Source: Fidelibacterota bacterium UBA2242 (GTDB taxonomy: Bacteria; Fidelibacterota; UBA2242). Taken from it: a stretch of DNA of 64,000 nucleotides. The stretch is from positions 188,839 to 252,838 of the forward strand of contig DDYE01000017.1 of the NCBI GenBank assembly GCA_002347855.1, written 5' to 3'. A program made the position numbers and the translations under genes. The notes under the pieces were generated by a model. That model searched no databases, was not told the origin of the DNA, and was given only the letters and a program-made list of their open reading frames with translations. Positions 17,537 to 27,772 of the stretch are shown here, in pieces. The first letter of the stretch is position 1. The number at the start of each line of letters is the position of its first letter.

Positions 17537-20245
17537 TTATTTCATCAGCAGTATTCTCTGGTTCGCTGTGTATTTTGGTGAAATCATCCGCACCAGATAA
17601 ATACCACTGACAACACTTGCCCCGGAATGATTGACGCCATTCCAGGTAATCGTGTAGTTACCCGCGGCATAACTGGTTTTAGTACTCCGCCAGATTTCAC
17701 GACCGGTCAGGTCGTATATACTGATTTGAACGTCAGATGCTTCCGGTAAAGCAAAACTGATGTTCGTTGTAGGATTAAACGGATTGGGATAGTTCGGTTT
17801 CAATTGATATTTATCCGGCAGAATGTCTGCCGTAGCAGGCGGAGCCGGTTGCTTCCCGAATGCGATTGGTTTGGCCAATTGCCAATCGACGGTTTCACCC
17901 ATTTCGAACTGCGCCATTTGGGTCAGACTGTAATCGGCATATTTGGCTTTCAACTGGTTTAAGACTGCCTGCGCCTCTTCTCTATTCCCCAGGTCAATGG
18001 CGTAGATATTGAAAAGGGTGAAGAGGGCTTTGTATTCGGCTTCTGAATCCGGATTCTCGCTGATCACGGTTTTTGACTTTTCGACAGCGGCTTTGAATCG
18101 CTTGCTGGTAATATCTTCACTAATCAATAACTCCAGCGCCATGGTGCGCAGATTCTTCGTACCGACATATTTCTGCAGATGCTCTTTTAGGTCGGTACTC
18201 TTCAATGCTCTTTTAGCAAAAACAGAACGTAGAAATGCCAGCGGGGCGTAGGGTGAATCGGGGTAATTCTGCAAGAGAATATTACAATTCTCTAATGCTT
18301 TGCGATATTGCAGGCTCTGCCAGAGTTCAGTCGTCTCCCGCCAGAGGGTTTCCACCGATTCTGCATCATCAAAAGGTAAGATGTTGATGTTTAAAGCCTC
18401 GGCCAGTAAACCGCCAAGAGTCTTCGCCAGACTGCTACCGCCGCCGGGATCACTGCTAAGGGGATAACGGTTATCAATGCTGGATGTGCCATCGGCATAA
18501 AAATCACTCGGCGGATAATCGCCCCAGAAATTCTTCTGGGCAATGATATTGGAGTAATTTTCTGCCCGGATATGGGCAAACTTATCTGTTGTAATGTCTA
18601 AATATATAGTATTATACCCGGCGTAACCATCCGAACTGAAACACGTTCCCAGGACTGATTCACTATGATCGTGGGTGTATACGGTTGCTGTTTGACCACC
18701 GATTATCCGGTTGTAACCCTGATAATCCTGAGAGCCCGGACCGATTGCCAGTGGACGGCTGTAATGGTCGGCGTCCAGCCCGTAGGTGAAACTGCCCTCG
18801 ATGGTATTGTTGTAGACGCTTGGTTCATCGGTGGCATAAACCTGAATCCCGGCTACTCTGGTCGAGCCACCGGAAGTGATCAGATTGTCGGTCATATCCG
18901 ACAATCCGGCGTAATAACCATAGATGCCACGTGTACAGGCGGTGATGGTATTTGTATTTACAACAGCGCTGTTCGAATTATTCAGATAGGCGCCGTAAGT
19001 GCAATTGCTGATCGTGTTATTGCTCAAAGTTGGAGAACCATAATAAGCATAGACGCCATAAGAACAATTGCTGATGGAGGAGTGACTGATTGACAGACTA
19101 CTGCTACTGGCATAGACGCCATAAGTAGCATTGCTGATATTGGCATACTGAATTGAGCCACTGCTGCCGGATTGATAACGGATTCCGCCCCAGGTGCCGG
19201 AGGAAGCGGTGTAAGTTGAATTATAAGAATTCAGTGTTCCGTAGACGTAGAGATATTTCCCGGATGCGAAAATCATTTGGGTATTGCTTTCGGTTTTGAG
19301 GGTTTTGCCGGAGGGGACGGTGAAATGATCAGCAAAGTTGTGCGTTCCGCGAATATGTACCGATTGCCCGCCGGAAGCGGCAGAGAATGCCGCGCTGATT
19401 GACGGATAGAGTCCATTAATAGTGGAACCGGTCTGGAGACGGATGTCGGGATTGAGGGTGGCGCCGTTTTGAATAGTGATCGTACCGTCTGTGGTTGTTA
19501 TGGTGTGGGAATTGAGATTGACGGTGGCTTTAGACTTTATTTGCAGATTACCACCAGATGGAACAGATACGTTTCCTATTATAGTATGAACCTTGCCACC
19601 TGATCCTATCCATGTTTTGGGATAATTCGAAAGTGTTCCGTAGTGAATAGTTTTGAGTTTTTTAAAATCATGTCCAAGGTTTTGTTTTAAATAATAACAA
19701 TCGTGATTTTTTTCATGTTGATATAATCCACAAGCTCCCCATTTGGAAACGTAGTCTCTACCACCTTCTATAGGACGTGGATAAGAATTTTGAATTTTTC
19801 TAACTGAGTGGTCATCATCTGTATACCATGAATGAGTTGCTTCAAATTCTGAAGCTGTTAAATATGATGGTTGTCCATCATTAGACCATGCCCCATCAGT
19901 CCAATAATAAGTTTCAACATCGTGATCTTCATGGGTTCCAATCCATACTTGTTCGTTCCCTTCAGAAACACTCCAGGCATAACCATGACAGTTATAGGTA
20001 TTGGAAGCGTTTCCAATTAGTACAGCATTTAGTTGATATGGTTCTATATAATAGTACTGTATATACCAGTGGCACCAAGCTATTTCACCATCAGACATCT
20101 CGGTTGGTGTATCAGCAGGAACAGGTCTTCCTTCAGGTGTCCTGACAATTGTATCTCCTGCAAATAAAATATTCTGAAATAGAAAAATAAATAATGTTAA
20201 GAGAAAAGCATATTCGTATATAATTTTATTAATTTTAACATACAT
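17537..20245 (-). CDS. secreted right-handed parallel beta-helix repeat protein with T9SS C-terminal sorting domain
   Basis: signal peptide; repeated NxTIxxCxYGxY beta-helix units; C-terminal KPNYPNPFNPTTNISF...IYLVRM T9SS CTD. Confidence 0.8.
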   Translation of the reverse strand: MYVKINKIIYEYAFLLTLFIFLFQNILFAGDTIVRTPEGRPVPADTPTEMSDGEIAWCHWYIQYYYIEPYQLNAVLIGNASNTYNCHGYAWSVSEGNEQVWIGTHEDHDVETYYWTDGAWSNDGQPSYLTASEFEATHSWYTDDDHSVRKIQNSYPRPIEGGRDYVSKWGACGLYQHEKNHDCYYLKQNLGHDFKKLKTIHYGTLSNYPKTWIGSGGKVHTIIGNVSVPSGGNLQIKSKATVNLNSHTITTTDGTITIQNGATLNPDIRLQTGSTINGLYPSISAAFSAASGGQSVHIRGTHNFADHFTVPSGKTLKTESNTQMIFASGKYLYVYGTLNSYNSTYTASSGTWGGIRYQSGSSGSIQYANISNATYGVYASSSSLSISHSSISNCSYGVYAYYGSPTLSNNTISNCTYGAYLNNSNSAVVNTNTITACTRGIYGYYAGLSDMTDNLITSGGSTRVAGIQVYATDEPSVYNNTIEGSFTYGLDADHYSRPLAIGPGSQDYQGYNRIIGGQTATVYTHDHSESVLGTCFSSDGYAGYNTIYLDITTDKFAHIRAENYSNIIAQKNFWGDYPPSDFYADGTSSIDNRYPLSSDPGGGSSLAKTLGGLLAEALNINILPFDDAESVETLWRETTELWQSLQYRKALENCNILLQNYPDSPYAPLAFLRSVFAKRALKSTDLKEHLQKYVGTKNLRTMALELLISEDITSKRFKAAVEKSKTVISENPDSEAEYKALFTLFNIYAIDLGNREEAQAVLNQLKAKYADYSLTQMAQFEMGETVDWQLAKPIAFGKQPAPPATADILPDKYQLKPNYPNPFNPTTNISFALPEASDVQISIYDLTGREIWRSTKTSYAAGNYTITWNGVNHSGASVVSGIYLVRMISPKYTANQRILLMK

Positions 20246-20261
20246 GACAAAACTCCTTCAA

Positions 20262-20873
20262 TTAATATGTATTTAGAAATTCTTTTGCTTTTTGAATAAC
20301 GAAATTAAGGACCTCGTTATTTTGCAATCGTCCGGTTTTTAACAAGTGCCTTACACCTGGTGATTCAGACAAATCCATTGAAATACCATTATCTTTTCCT
20401 TTGGATTCTAATAACCTTGCAATCGAAAAAGCATTATATTGTATGCCAAAGATGGAGAAAATTTCAGGATGATGAATTTTAAGTTCGTTTTTCTTTAACA
20501 ATTCATTTAAGAGTATTTTTATCTCTGATTTTTTCAGTTTATCAAGAATATTTTCATGTGAGAGTAGGACTTCAATAAAAACAAAGGAAAAAGTAAAAGC
20601 CCCTTTCTTAACAGGTTCCCAATTCACATCATATGTAGATGGATCCATACTTTGGTAAAATTCAATCAATTTCTGTCCGGCATCCTCTCTCTTTACTAGT
20701 TCACGTAATCCATTAAAATCATTATATTCGCGTTCGAAAGCAGCATGAATATCATTATAAATAAGTAGGTAACCAGGATAGCGGCTATTCAAATATTCCT
20801 GAATCAACTCCTCGGTCGGCATAATCGAGAGAGTTGCCTTAGGAATCTGTTCTGCTGCTTTTATTTCATCCAA
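20262..20873 (-). CDS. hypothetical protein; probable true start is the ATG at 20980 (AGGAGG RBS) but that requires a +1 shift in the T8 tract at 20930-20937
   Basis: ORF as given starts at TTG; upstream mini-ORF MKTKKKNSFFFLIVIFFTSL is signal-peptide-like and out of frame by one. Confidence 0.5.
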   Translation of the reverse strand: MDEIKAAEQIPKATLSIMPTEELIQEYLNSRYPGYLLIYNDIHAAFEREYNDFNGLRELVKREDAGQKLIEFYQSMDPSTYDVNWEPVKKGAFTFSFVFIEVLLSHENILDKLKKSEIKILLNELLKKNELKIHHPEIFSIFGIQYNAFSIARLLESKGKDNGISMDLSESPGVRHLLKTGRLQNNEVLNFVIQKAKEFLNTY

Positions 20874-21006
20874 TGGTTTCCCTTCTCTTTGTTCTTGTGC
20901 ATTGATCTTAAAACCACTTATAAAGACGTAAAAAAAATAACTATAAGGAAAAAGAACGAATTCTTCTTTTTTGTTTTCATAGCGACCTCCTAATTAATCT
21001 TATTAA

Positions 21007-22017
21007 TTATTTAATCTTACCATAACGAAGAATAACTCCTTCTGAATTTGCATTTACTGGTTGTACTCCCACTGCCCATCCCAAATATTTATTGATAAAA
21101 CATAAAGAAGCGATATTATTCACATTCATCTCTCCTGGAAGATACTCCCATGTTAGTCCACCATCTGTTGTTTTAATAATTGCATACTTTCCTGCTCCCG
21201 GATTAGTGGCTAACCATCCGTTTAATGGATCGACAAAAAATAATTCATTAACACCTAAAGATGGTGGCCATGATTCTGCTGATCTCTGAATCCATGTATT
21301 TCCCCCATCAGTTGTCCGAAAAAATCCAAGCCAATCGTTATCATTACCTCCAACCCACCCATGGAATTGATCCACAAACTGAATTGATGTTAAATATGAA
21401 ACGTATGGCACGTTTAACTTTCTTATTGTCCATGTTAGTCCAATGTCTGTAGTTGATAGAATTGTTCCGCCAAAACCACACACCCAAATATTTTCTTCAT
21501 CAACTATCGAAATATGTGTAAGAGTATGTACATCTTGAGGTGCTACATCTTGCCAAGTTTCTCCTCCATCCTCAGTTTTAAGCAAAATACCAATACTACC
21601 CAAATCTCCTCTACCCCCTACAACAAAACCGGTGTTTTTATCTAAAAAATTAATATCACGATAACGTCCGCCTTTTAAATCATCATTGTATCCTAGCTCC
21701 CAATTTTTTCCACCATCTATTGTTTTTAAAATGGAATACCTCCCACAAATCCAACCGTTATTCTTATCCACAAAATCGACCGCAAATAAAGTCTCATTAA
21801 CCGGGCTTATCTGATTACCCCATGTTTCGCCCCCATCTTCTGAATTAAGAATTAGACCACTATCTCCAACGACCCAGCCATTATATTCATCTACAAAATC
21901 TACATCATATAACCTTGCCGTTATCCCGCTTTTAATCTTGGTCCAGACATATATCTCATTATAATTACTTATATCTTTACCACATCCAAAGATGATTATT
22001 AAACTAATAAGACACAT
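21007..22017 (-). CDS. BNR/Asp-box repeat protein (Ycf48-like beta-propeller), probable lipoprotein; ORF extends to 22158
   Basis: repeated DGGxTW motifs (DGGETW, DGGKNW, DGGNTW, DGGLTW); lipobox-like IFGC near likely start. Confidence 0.7.
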   Translation of the reverse strand: MCLISLIIIFGCGKDISNYNEIYVWTKIKSGITARLYDVDFVDEYNGWVVGDSGLILNSEDGGETWGNQISPVNETLFAVDFVDKNNGWICGRYSILKTIDGGKNWELGYNDDLKGGRYRDINFLDKNTGFVVGGRGDLGSIGILLKTEDGGETWQDVAPQDVHTLTHISIVDEENIWVCGFGGTILSTTDIGLTWTIRKLNVPYVSYLTSIQFVDQFHGWVGGNDNDWLGFFRTTDGGNTWIQRSAESWPPSLGVNELFFVDPLNGWLATNPGAGKYAIIKTTDGGLTWEYLPGEMNVNNIASLCFINKYLGWAVGVQPVNANSEGVILRYGKIK

Positions 22018-22222
22018 CAATTTATATTTATAAGACCTGAAATGATTAAGAATAATTTGAAAATGGTTACTGATATTAAGAAAAGTATCCATTTGGTATA
22101 GTGGCTGTAGTATTGGTTCAGCGGAAACGCACTTCGCCATTTTCACACTGCCAGCCATCTTAGAAATTCCTTTTCATAACGTTGCCATTATATTCTTATT
22201 ATAAACAATACATAGTAGGAAA

Positions 22223-24916
22223 TTAAAATTCAAGAAAAATTTTCCAATTTTTCTCTGATAACGCTCTAAACGACTTGATTGTCGCTGTTCCGCCGCCAGT
22301 GATCCAGTTATAACCCTGGTAGTTCTGCCCGCCCGGACCGATTGCCAGCGGACGGCTGTAATAGTCGGCATCCATCCCGTAGGTGAAACTGCCCTCGATG
22401 GTATTGTTGTAGACGCTTGGTTCATCGGTGGCATAAACCTGAATCCCGGCTACTCTGGTCGAGTCACCGGAAGTGACCAGGTTGTCGGTCATATCCGACA
22501 ATCCGGCGTAATAACCATAGATGCCACGTGTACAGGCGGTGATGGTATTTTTATCGACAATTGCGTTGTTGGAGTTATATAGATATATGCCATAAGTGCA
22601 GTTGGAAATGGTATTATTCCGGATTGTGGGATTGCTATAATAGGCATATAATCCATAATTCGCATAAGAAATAGTTGAGTTCTCGATGATACAATTTCCA
22701 TCAATTGCCGAATAATAGAAACGGATACCCCACCAGTTACTGCTGCCGGAGCGGGTGAAAGTGGTGTTATTGCATTTAAGACCACCCACAACTCTTAATT
22801 GTATATTCGATCCAAAAGACAAATTGCTGTTATTGAATTCAAATGTAATTCCCGATGGGATAGAGTAATTTTGGCTGAAGGAGATGGTCAGATTATTTGC
22901 GTAAATTCTGTTTCCGCTGGAGGCATCTGTTAGAGCGGAAGCAAGGGATGGATATAAGCCTTTTATCGCCGTTCCATCATACAGGCGGATGTCGGGATTG
23001 AGGGTGGCGCCGGCTTCGACGATGATTGTGCCTCCAGCAGAGGTGATATTATAACCGTTTAGATTTACCGATGCACCGGAACGAATATTAAGTGTCACAC
23101 CGCTACTCACGGTAACATTTCCTATGACAATTATGGTACCGCCCCACGTAGTATTCTGTGAAATAGTACCGGATACACCGTGTGCATAGTTTAATGAAGG
23201 GTCGCCCAAAATATTATACTTTTCAAAATAATCTTTTGCTGTATATTCACTAATTGGATAATAATTGAGAAATTTGATTTTTGCCTCTACCGTCATTTCC
23301 CCAAATGAAGTTTTAATATCATCATATATTGAGGAAAATAAACATTTTTCAAGACGATCATCTGGATACCATTGAGTTGGTCTTGACGAACCCCAAAATC
23401 CAACCGCAGCTTTGTTTGATTCTCTCAACCATGTCTCCCCAAAACATTCACTTCCGTAATCAAATTTACCTGTTAGACATGCAAAACTGAAAATCAGGGG
23501 AAGTTTATAACTGTTGGTTAAATTCCGCACTTGACTCTGAGACAACGGTGGTCCATCTGCCCAAGATGTTTCCGAACCATGTCCGGAATATACCCCAAAT
23601 ATTCTACCGTTATTAAAAGCATTGATCACCTGTGTTGTAGTAGCATTGTAAGTATGACAATATAGTTTATCACTGGTATATCCTTCCGGATCAAGGTAAT
23701 TTGAAATTACATTATTATGAGTTCCTTCGGAAATAGTATAATTATCATTGCTGGCCATAAATACTGCTTTTTTAATCCAGTCAAGTGTACTCCAGTCTTG
23801 GGTCTCATAATCAATCTGTTTATTTACAATGTTGCTTAACTGGGTTGTCGTTTCAACAGAAAATCTGCCAACAAATACATCCGGGAGCCAATCACCATCC
23901 ATCAAAGAATACTTCAAGTCAGATGCTGTATTGCAATAATCTCCTGTAAAGGTGGGAATGTATGCCACATCTCCTACCAGAAGTACATTTTCAACCGGAG
24001 GATCCCAATTGTTATAGGCATTGATGATATAGTTTCTTATTCCATTTGCAGTCTGATCTGCCAAATCGGATTTTTTTACCACCGTTACATCGAATCCCAA
24101 ATTCTCTTTATGAGAGGCAAAAGATGAAATTGTATTGTAAAAATTATCATGACAGATTATTAAAAAAGTGCTCGGCAATTCAGTTGCTGTTTTCATTAAA
24201 ACTGCACTCTTTTGAGATTTATTATTGAAGGAAACGGAATTAACTATTTGATCGAATAACTCTGATTGATACCTTCTGATTTCTAACTGTGTGGAAGATG
24301 ACTTATCGGTATTAAAATACAATTTAAAAGTCACGTTAGTATAGACTTTAAGTTTAGCTTGTACTGGATTGTATTGAATCGGAAATACCGTTATTTGATA
24401 AAGGTTGTGTTTTCGCAATAAACCCAAATCTGTAATTTCGAAAATATTATCAGGATAATATTTGTCAGTTTTATAAATATCATCATCAAATTCAAAGGGT
24501 TTATACTCAGGAGTTTTGCTGACAGGATACTGCAACGGATAAATTTTTGTCATTCCTTTTTCCGCAATATTCAGTTTTTCAACAGTACTGGAAATAATCT
24601 CCACCATTGGATTTGCGTCGTAAGGAAGTTCAACTATTTTTCTGAATACCGGTAGCTGAGGTTTACCTAATTCCGTCGTACTCATACCATCCTCAAATGT
24701 CAATTTAGAGAATATACCATTTTCTGTTTCCAAACGCTCAGAGTAAAAATCATCGACATTGAACTGAATAATGATTTCACCTTCTGATTCAGACAGCACT
24801 TTGATTTCCGTTTTAGGATTGCTCACATCACTAAGCAAGATTTTCTGTTTTGATTCTTGCGCTAATACAAGGGATAATGAAATAAGAATAACAAATGAAA
24901 ATCGTTTGAGTTTCAT
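22223..24916 (-). CDS. peptidase C25 (gingipain-like) family protein with C-terminal parallel beta-helix repeats; lacks a T9SS CTD
   Basis: signal peptide; catalytic-type His (VYSGHGSE) and Cys (FSFACLTGKF); beta-helix region nearly identical to 17537-20245 paralog. Confidence 0.75.
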   Translation of the reverse strand: MKLKRFSFVILISLSLVLAQESKQKILLSDVSNPKTEIKVLSESEGEIIIQFNVDDFYSERLETENGIFSKLTFEDGMSTTELGKPQLPVFRKIVELPYDANPMVEIISSTVEKLNIAEKGMTKIYPLQYPVSKTPEYKPFEFDDDIYKTDKYYPDNIFEITDLGLLRKHNLYQITVFPIQYNPVQAKLKVYTNVTFKLYFNTDKSSSTQLEIRRYQSELFDQIVNSVSFNNKSQKSAVLMKTATELPSTFLIICHDNFYNTISSFASHKENLGFDVTVVKKSDLADQTANGIRNYIINAYNNWDPPVENVLLVGDVAYIPTFTGDYCNTASDLKYSLMDGDWLPDVFVGRFSVETTTQLSNIVNKQIDYETQDWSTLDWIKKAVFMASNDNYTISEGTHNNVISNYLDPEGYTSDKLYCHTYNATTTQVINAFNNGRIFGVYSGHGSETSWADGPPLSQSQVRNLTNSYKLPLIFSFACLTGKFDYGSECFGETWLRESNKAAVGFWGSSRPTQWYPDDRLEKCLFSSIYDDIKTSFGEMTVEAKIKFLNYYPISEYTAKDYFEKYNILGDPSLNYAHGVSGTISQNTTWGGTIIVIGNVTVSSGVTLNIRSGASVNLNGYNITSAGGTIIVEAGATLNPDIRLYDGTAIKGLYPSLASALTDASSGNRIYANNLTISFSQNYSIPSGITFEFNNSNLSFGSNIQLRVVGGLKCNNTTFTRSGSSNWWGIRFYYSAIDGNCIIENSTISYANYGLYAYYSNPTIRNNTISNCTYGIYLYNSNNAIVDKNTITACTRGIYGYYAGLSDMTDNLVTSGDSTRVAGIQVYATDEPSVYNNTIEGSFTYGMDADYYSRPLAIGPGGQNYQGYNWITGGGTATIKSFRALSEKNWKIFLEF

Positions 24917-24934
24917 TTAAACCTCCTTTGTTTG

Positions 24935-26028
24935 TTACCAATTACCATGGGGTCCACCGTATGCGCCCATATCGTTACGGCTGCCGTCATGGTCGTTATA
25001 TTGTTCTAAAGGATTACCGGCATCTATACATGGTGAATTGGGAAGTAAGTGAAAATCTTCCATAGTAAAGTCAACGAATTTCGGATTGGTATTTAAATTG
25101 CCCTCTCCAGGCCAACCATTTTCAATACATGAATAAGTAATATTGAGCTCTGTAACATAAAAGGAGTCAATTTTAACCTGGGAGTTTTCATTGCCCCAGA
25201 GAATATTATTTGTAACATTATCCTTTCCTAATGGTTCCATTCCGACATATAATCCCGCATTGGCGTTGTAGCATATTATATTATTTTCAACCAAAGGTTT
25301 AGGTTTCCCTATTGTTATTCCATTGAATGTATTTTTAATAATAATATTGTTTCTAATCACTGGTTGTAAATAGGCAAGTCCGTCAAATGCCCATGTATCT
25401 ATTCCAGTAATACAATTTCTAATAATATTATTTTGCACCAGGGCTTCAGAATTTTGCAAACAAATACCAAACCCTTCGAAATTTTGAATCAGATTATTCT
25501 GAATTATGATGCTAGAATACCAACAAGTTATACCCATGGCAAGGACCCTACTTTCAATATTATATATCAGCGATGCGTACTCAACTCTGGAAAAAGAAAT
25601 GATAGAGCTACTGTCTGCGGTTTCAGAGAAGTAAATACATCCCCAGTTGTGATCTGACGCTCTTGTAAATATTATTGGATCGGTTTTTGTCCCCTCGGCT
25701 ATGAGTTTGCCATCTACTCGTAAAAATCCAATGTCTATTGTCGAATCGATCCAGTCAAAATCGGCATCATTTATAGTTCCTATCTTGCCCGATTTAAATT
25801 TAATCGTAACACCAGGCTCAATAACAAGCATTTTACCTTGCGGCACGCGGGCAGCACCATCTATATAAAAAGGAGAATCACTCTTCTTAATTGTTCCCCA
25901 TAAATCCTGATATAGATTGTATTCAATATATAAATTGTCTTCATTGTTGATGGGATTCTCTTGACATGCGCCAAGCGTTAGCAAGATTCCCATTAATACT
26001 GTCAGTATCGTTTTCGGGATCATTATCG
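24935..26028 (-). CDS. parallel beta-helix repeat protein, probable lipoprotein (ORF extends to 26149; likely start MIPKTIL...)
   Basis: beta-helix repeats (NNIIRNCITG..., NNIICYNANAGLYV...); signal peptide with LGAC. Confidence 0.7.
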
Positions 26029-26378
26029 TTTCCTCCGATTTGTTGTATTGCCTCAAATTAAAGTTCAAAATATTCCCTTCCACTTTGTTAGACAAAATCA
26101 TCATTCTTAGCGCAATCCCTCCTTCTTCCATTTGCTCAGGAAAAGACAACTACTCGATTTTCCTCGCTTTTTTCATTGAAGACTCTATTTGCTTCTGGCA
26201 TAATATATACACTGGGGGGGTAATGTCAAGAGATTTTTTTAAATTTGGAAAGTTTCAAGACATGGTATCCAGTTGGCAAGCATAAATTGGCTTAAGATCA
26301 TCTTTTTGAGGAGTTAAAGATTTTGATAAAGAGAGTTAGGGAAGTCTATGGGATCGAAATGCGAGCTTTCTCGAGTAG

Positions 26379-26546
26379 TTTAGAATTGACGAGTTAAAAA
26401 AGATGCTACCCATTATGGAGAATGAATTTTATGTTCTTATAGATTATCAAAACCTCCGGGACTTTTTGAACAAAGCCTTTACCTATAGTGTTTATTTCAA
26501 CTACCAGCGTAAATTCCGCTACAAAAGAGGACGCACTCCTATTTAG
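26379..26546 (+). pseudogene. possible C-terminal relic of an IS3/IS481-type DDE transposase
   Basis: 55-codon ORF ending ...LRDFLNKAFTYSVYFNYQRKFRYKRGRTPI, pattern-similar to rve-domain C-terminus (LRDxL...YN..R....G..TP); weak. Confidence 0.3.
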
Positions 26547-26749
26547 ATTATGAAAGAGTATGGCTCAACGAAAATTAATCCAAATTTGCTAGGAATATTT
26601 CCACCCTTGATCTGTGATTACTAAGGGTGGATACCATGTCTTGAAATCAGACATTTTTGCCCATTTTTACTCCCACTTATTTTTTACCTTAAAGCAAGGG
26701 ATAATTGGTTTTCATCGTCGTCAAGCCAAAATTACATATTAATCATTAG

Positions 26750-26885
26750 AGCATCTGCCAGCAGACCGCCAACTATCTTGCCCAGACTACTGCCGCCGCC
26801 GGGATCACTGCTAAGGGGATAACGGTTATCAATGCTGGATGTGCCATCGGCATAAAAATCACTCGGCGGATAGTCGCCCCAGTAG
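26750..26885 (-). pseudogene. orphan fragment of a beta-helix/T9SS protein gene
   Basis: about 100 bp nearly identical to 18427-18530; encodes ...WGDYPPSDFYADGTSSIDNRYPLSSDPGGGSSL... with flanking stops. Confidence 0.7.
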
Positions 26886-27088
26886 TTTTAAAAGTCTTTC
26901 AGATAAAGGGCATTAACCTCTCCTGCCCAGGCGGGATAAGTTTTGGAATGGCACCTATGAATCGAAAATGGGTGATATATCTGATGATTATCATGATGAT
27001 TGTTCCGTAATATATTCGATGACTATTTAATATTTGGACTTCGCCTTTAAGAGTGTAAATTTTGAAGTAATGTTAAGCGGGGTGTTAT

Positions 27089-27772
27089 ATGAAAGTGAAT
27101 CTAATCTTAAAAATCATTCTCCTAAGTTTTTTCATCAACGGCATCTTGGTCCCTGTCTGGGCGCAGAAAAATTATTCGATTGTTGACCCTAAAGCGAAAT
27201 ATGGTGGGTTAATCCTAATACAAACAGACCGTGGTTCAGGATTGGGGCTATTTTTTGAATACTCTCGCCAGAATGCCGATCGTTTGATGCTGCAAGCGAA
27301 TTTTTTGATGATTAAAGGCAGCAACGACTATCCGATCTACGACCCCTACACCGGCTATATCTGGGAACGCAGTGATAAGCGAAGGCTGACCCTCTGCCCG
27401 TTGTACTTAGGTTATAAGAAAGTGCTGTTTGCCGACAAAATCGCCAATAATTTTCGACCGTTTTTTGATATTTCTTTAGGACCGGTGATTGCCTTTGACC
27501 CACCCAATATTCCTGATTTCAGTGACCGTATAAAGCGGATGCGGCTTTTCTACGCGCCGGGCTTTCAGGTCAGCGGCGGTGCCGATTTCTTCTATGGTCC
27601 TGGCACGACCATCTCACTTTATTTTGGGTATGATTTCATCAAGTTTGCGCACAAAATTGACCGACCGGAGGCGTACAACTATCCTGAAGGATATGATACC
27701 AGCAAATTATATCAAGGTCAGCAGAAGTTCAATGGTATCGTCATCAAGATTGGGTTCGGAAAACGCTATTGA
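27089..27772 (+). CDS. hypothetical secreted/outer-membrane protein
   Basis: signal peptide, aromatic-rich, C-terminal ...IGFGKRY. Confidence 0.5.
   Translation: MKVNLILKIILLSFFINGILVPVWAQKNYSIVDPKAKYGGLILIQTDRGSGLGLFFEYSRQNADRLMLQANFLMIKGSNDYPIYDPYTGYIWERSDKRRLTLCPLYLGYKKVLFADKIANNFRPFFDISLGPVIAFDPPNIPDFSDRIKRMRLFYAPGFQVSGGADFFYGPGTTISLYFGYDFIKFAHKIDRPEAYNYPEGYDTSKLYQGQQKFNGIVIKIGFGKRY

Noticed and set aside
22174-22434. 86-aa alternative-frame ORF overlapping the 3' end of the C25 peptidase gene, considered as a frameshifted continuation
   Set aside because: Its translation has no similarity to the continuation seen in the paralog (17537-20245), so it does not rescue the truncated C-terminus
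26212-26218. G7 homopolymer tract upstream of the beta-helix lipoprotein gene
   Set aside because: Lies outside the likely coding start and beyond a plausible promoter spacer; no evidence of a phase-variation role, unlike the T8 tract at 20930-20937
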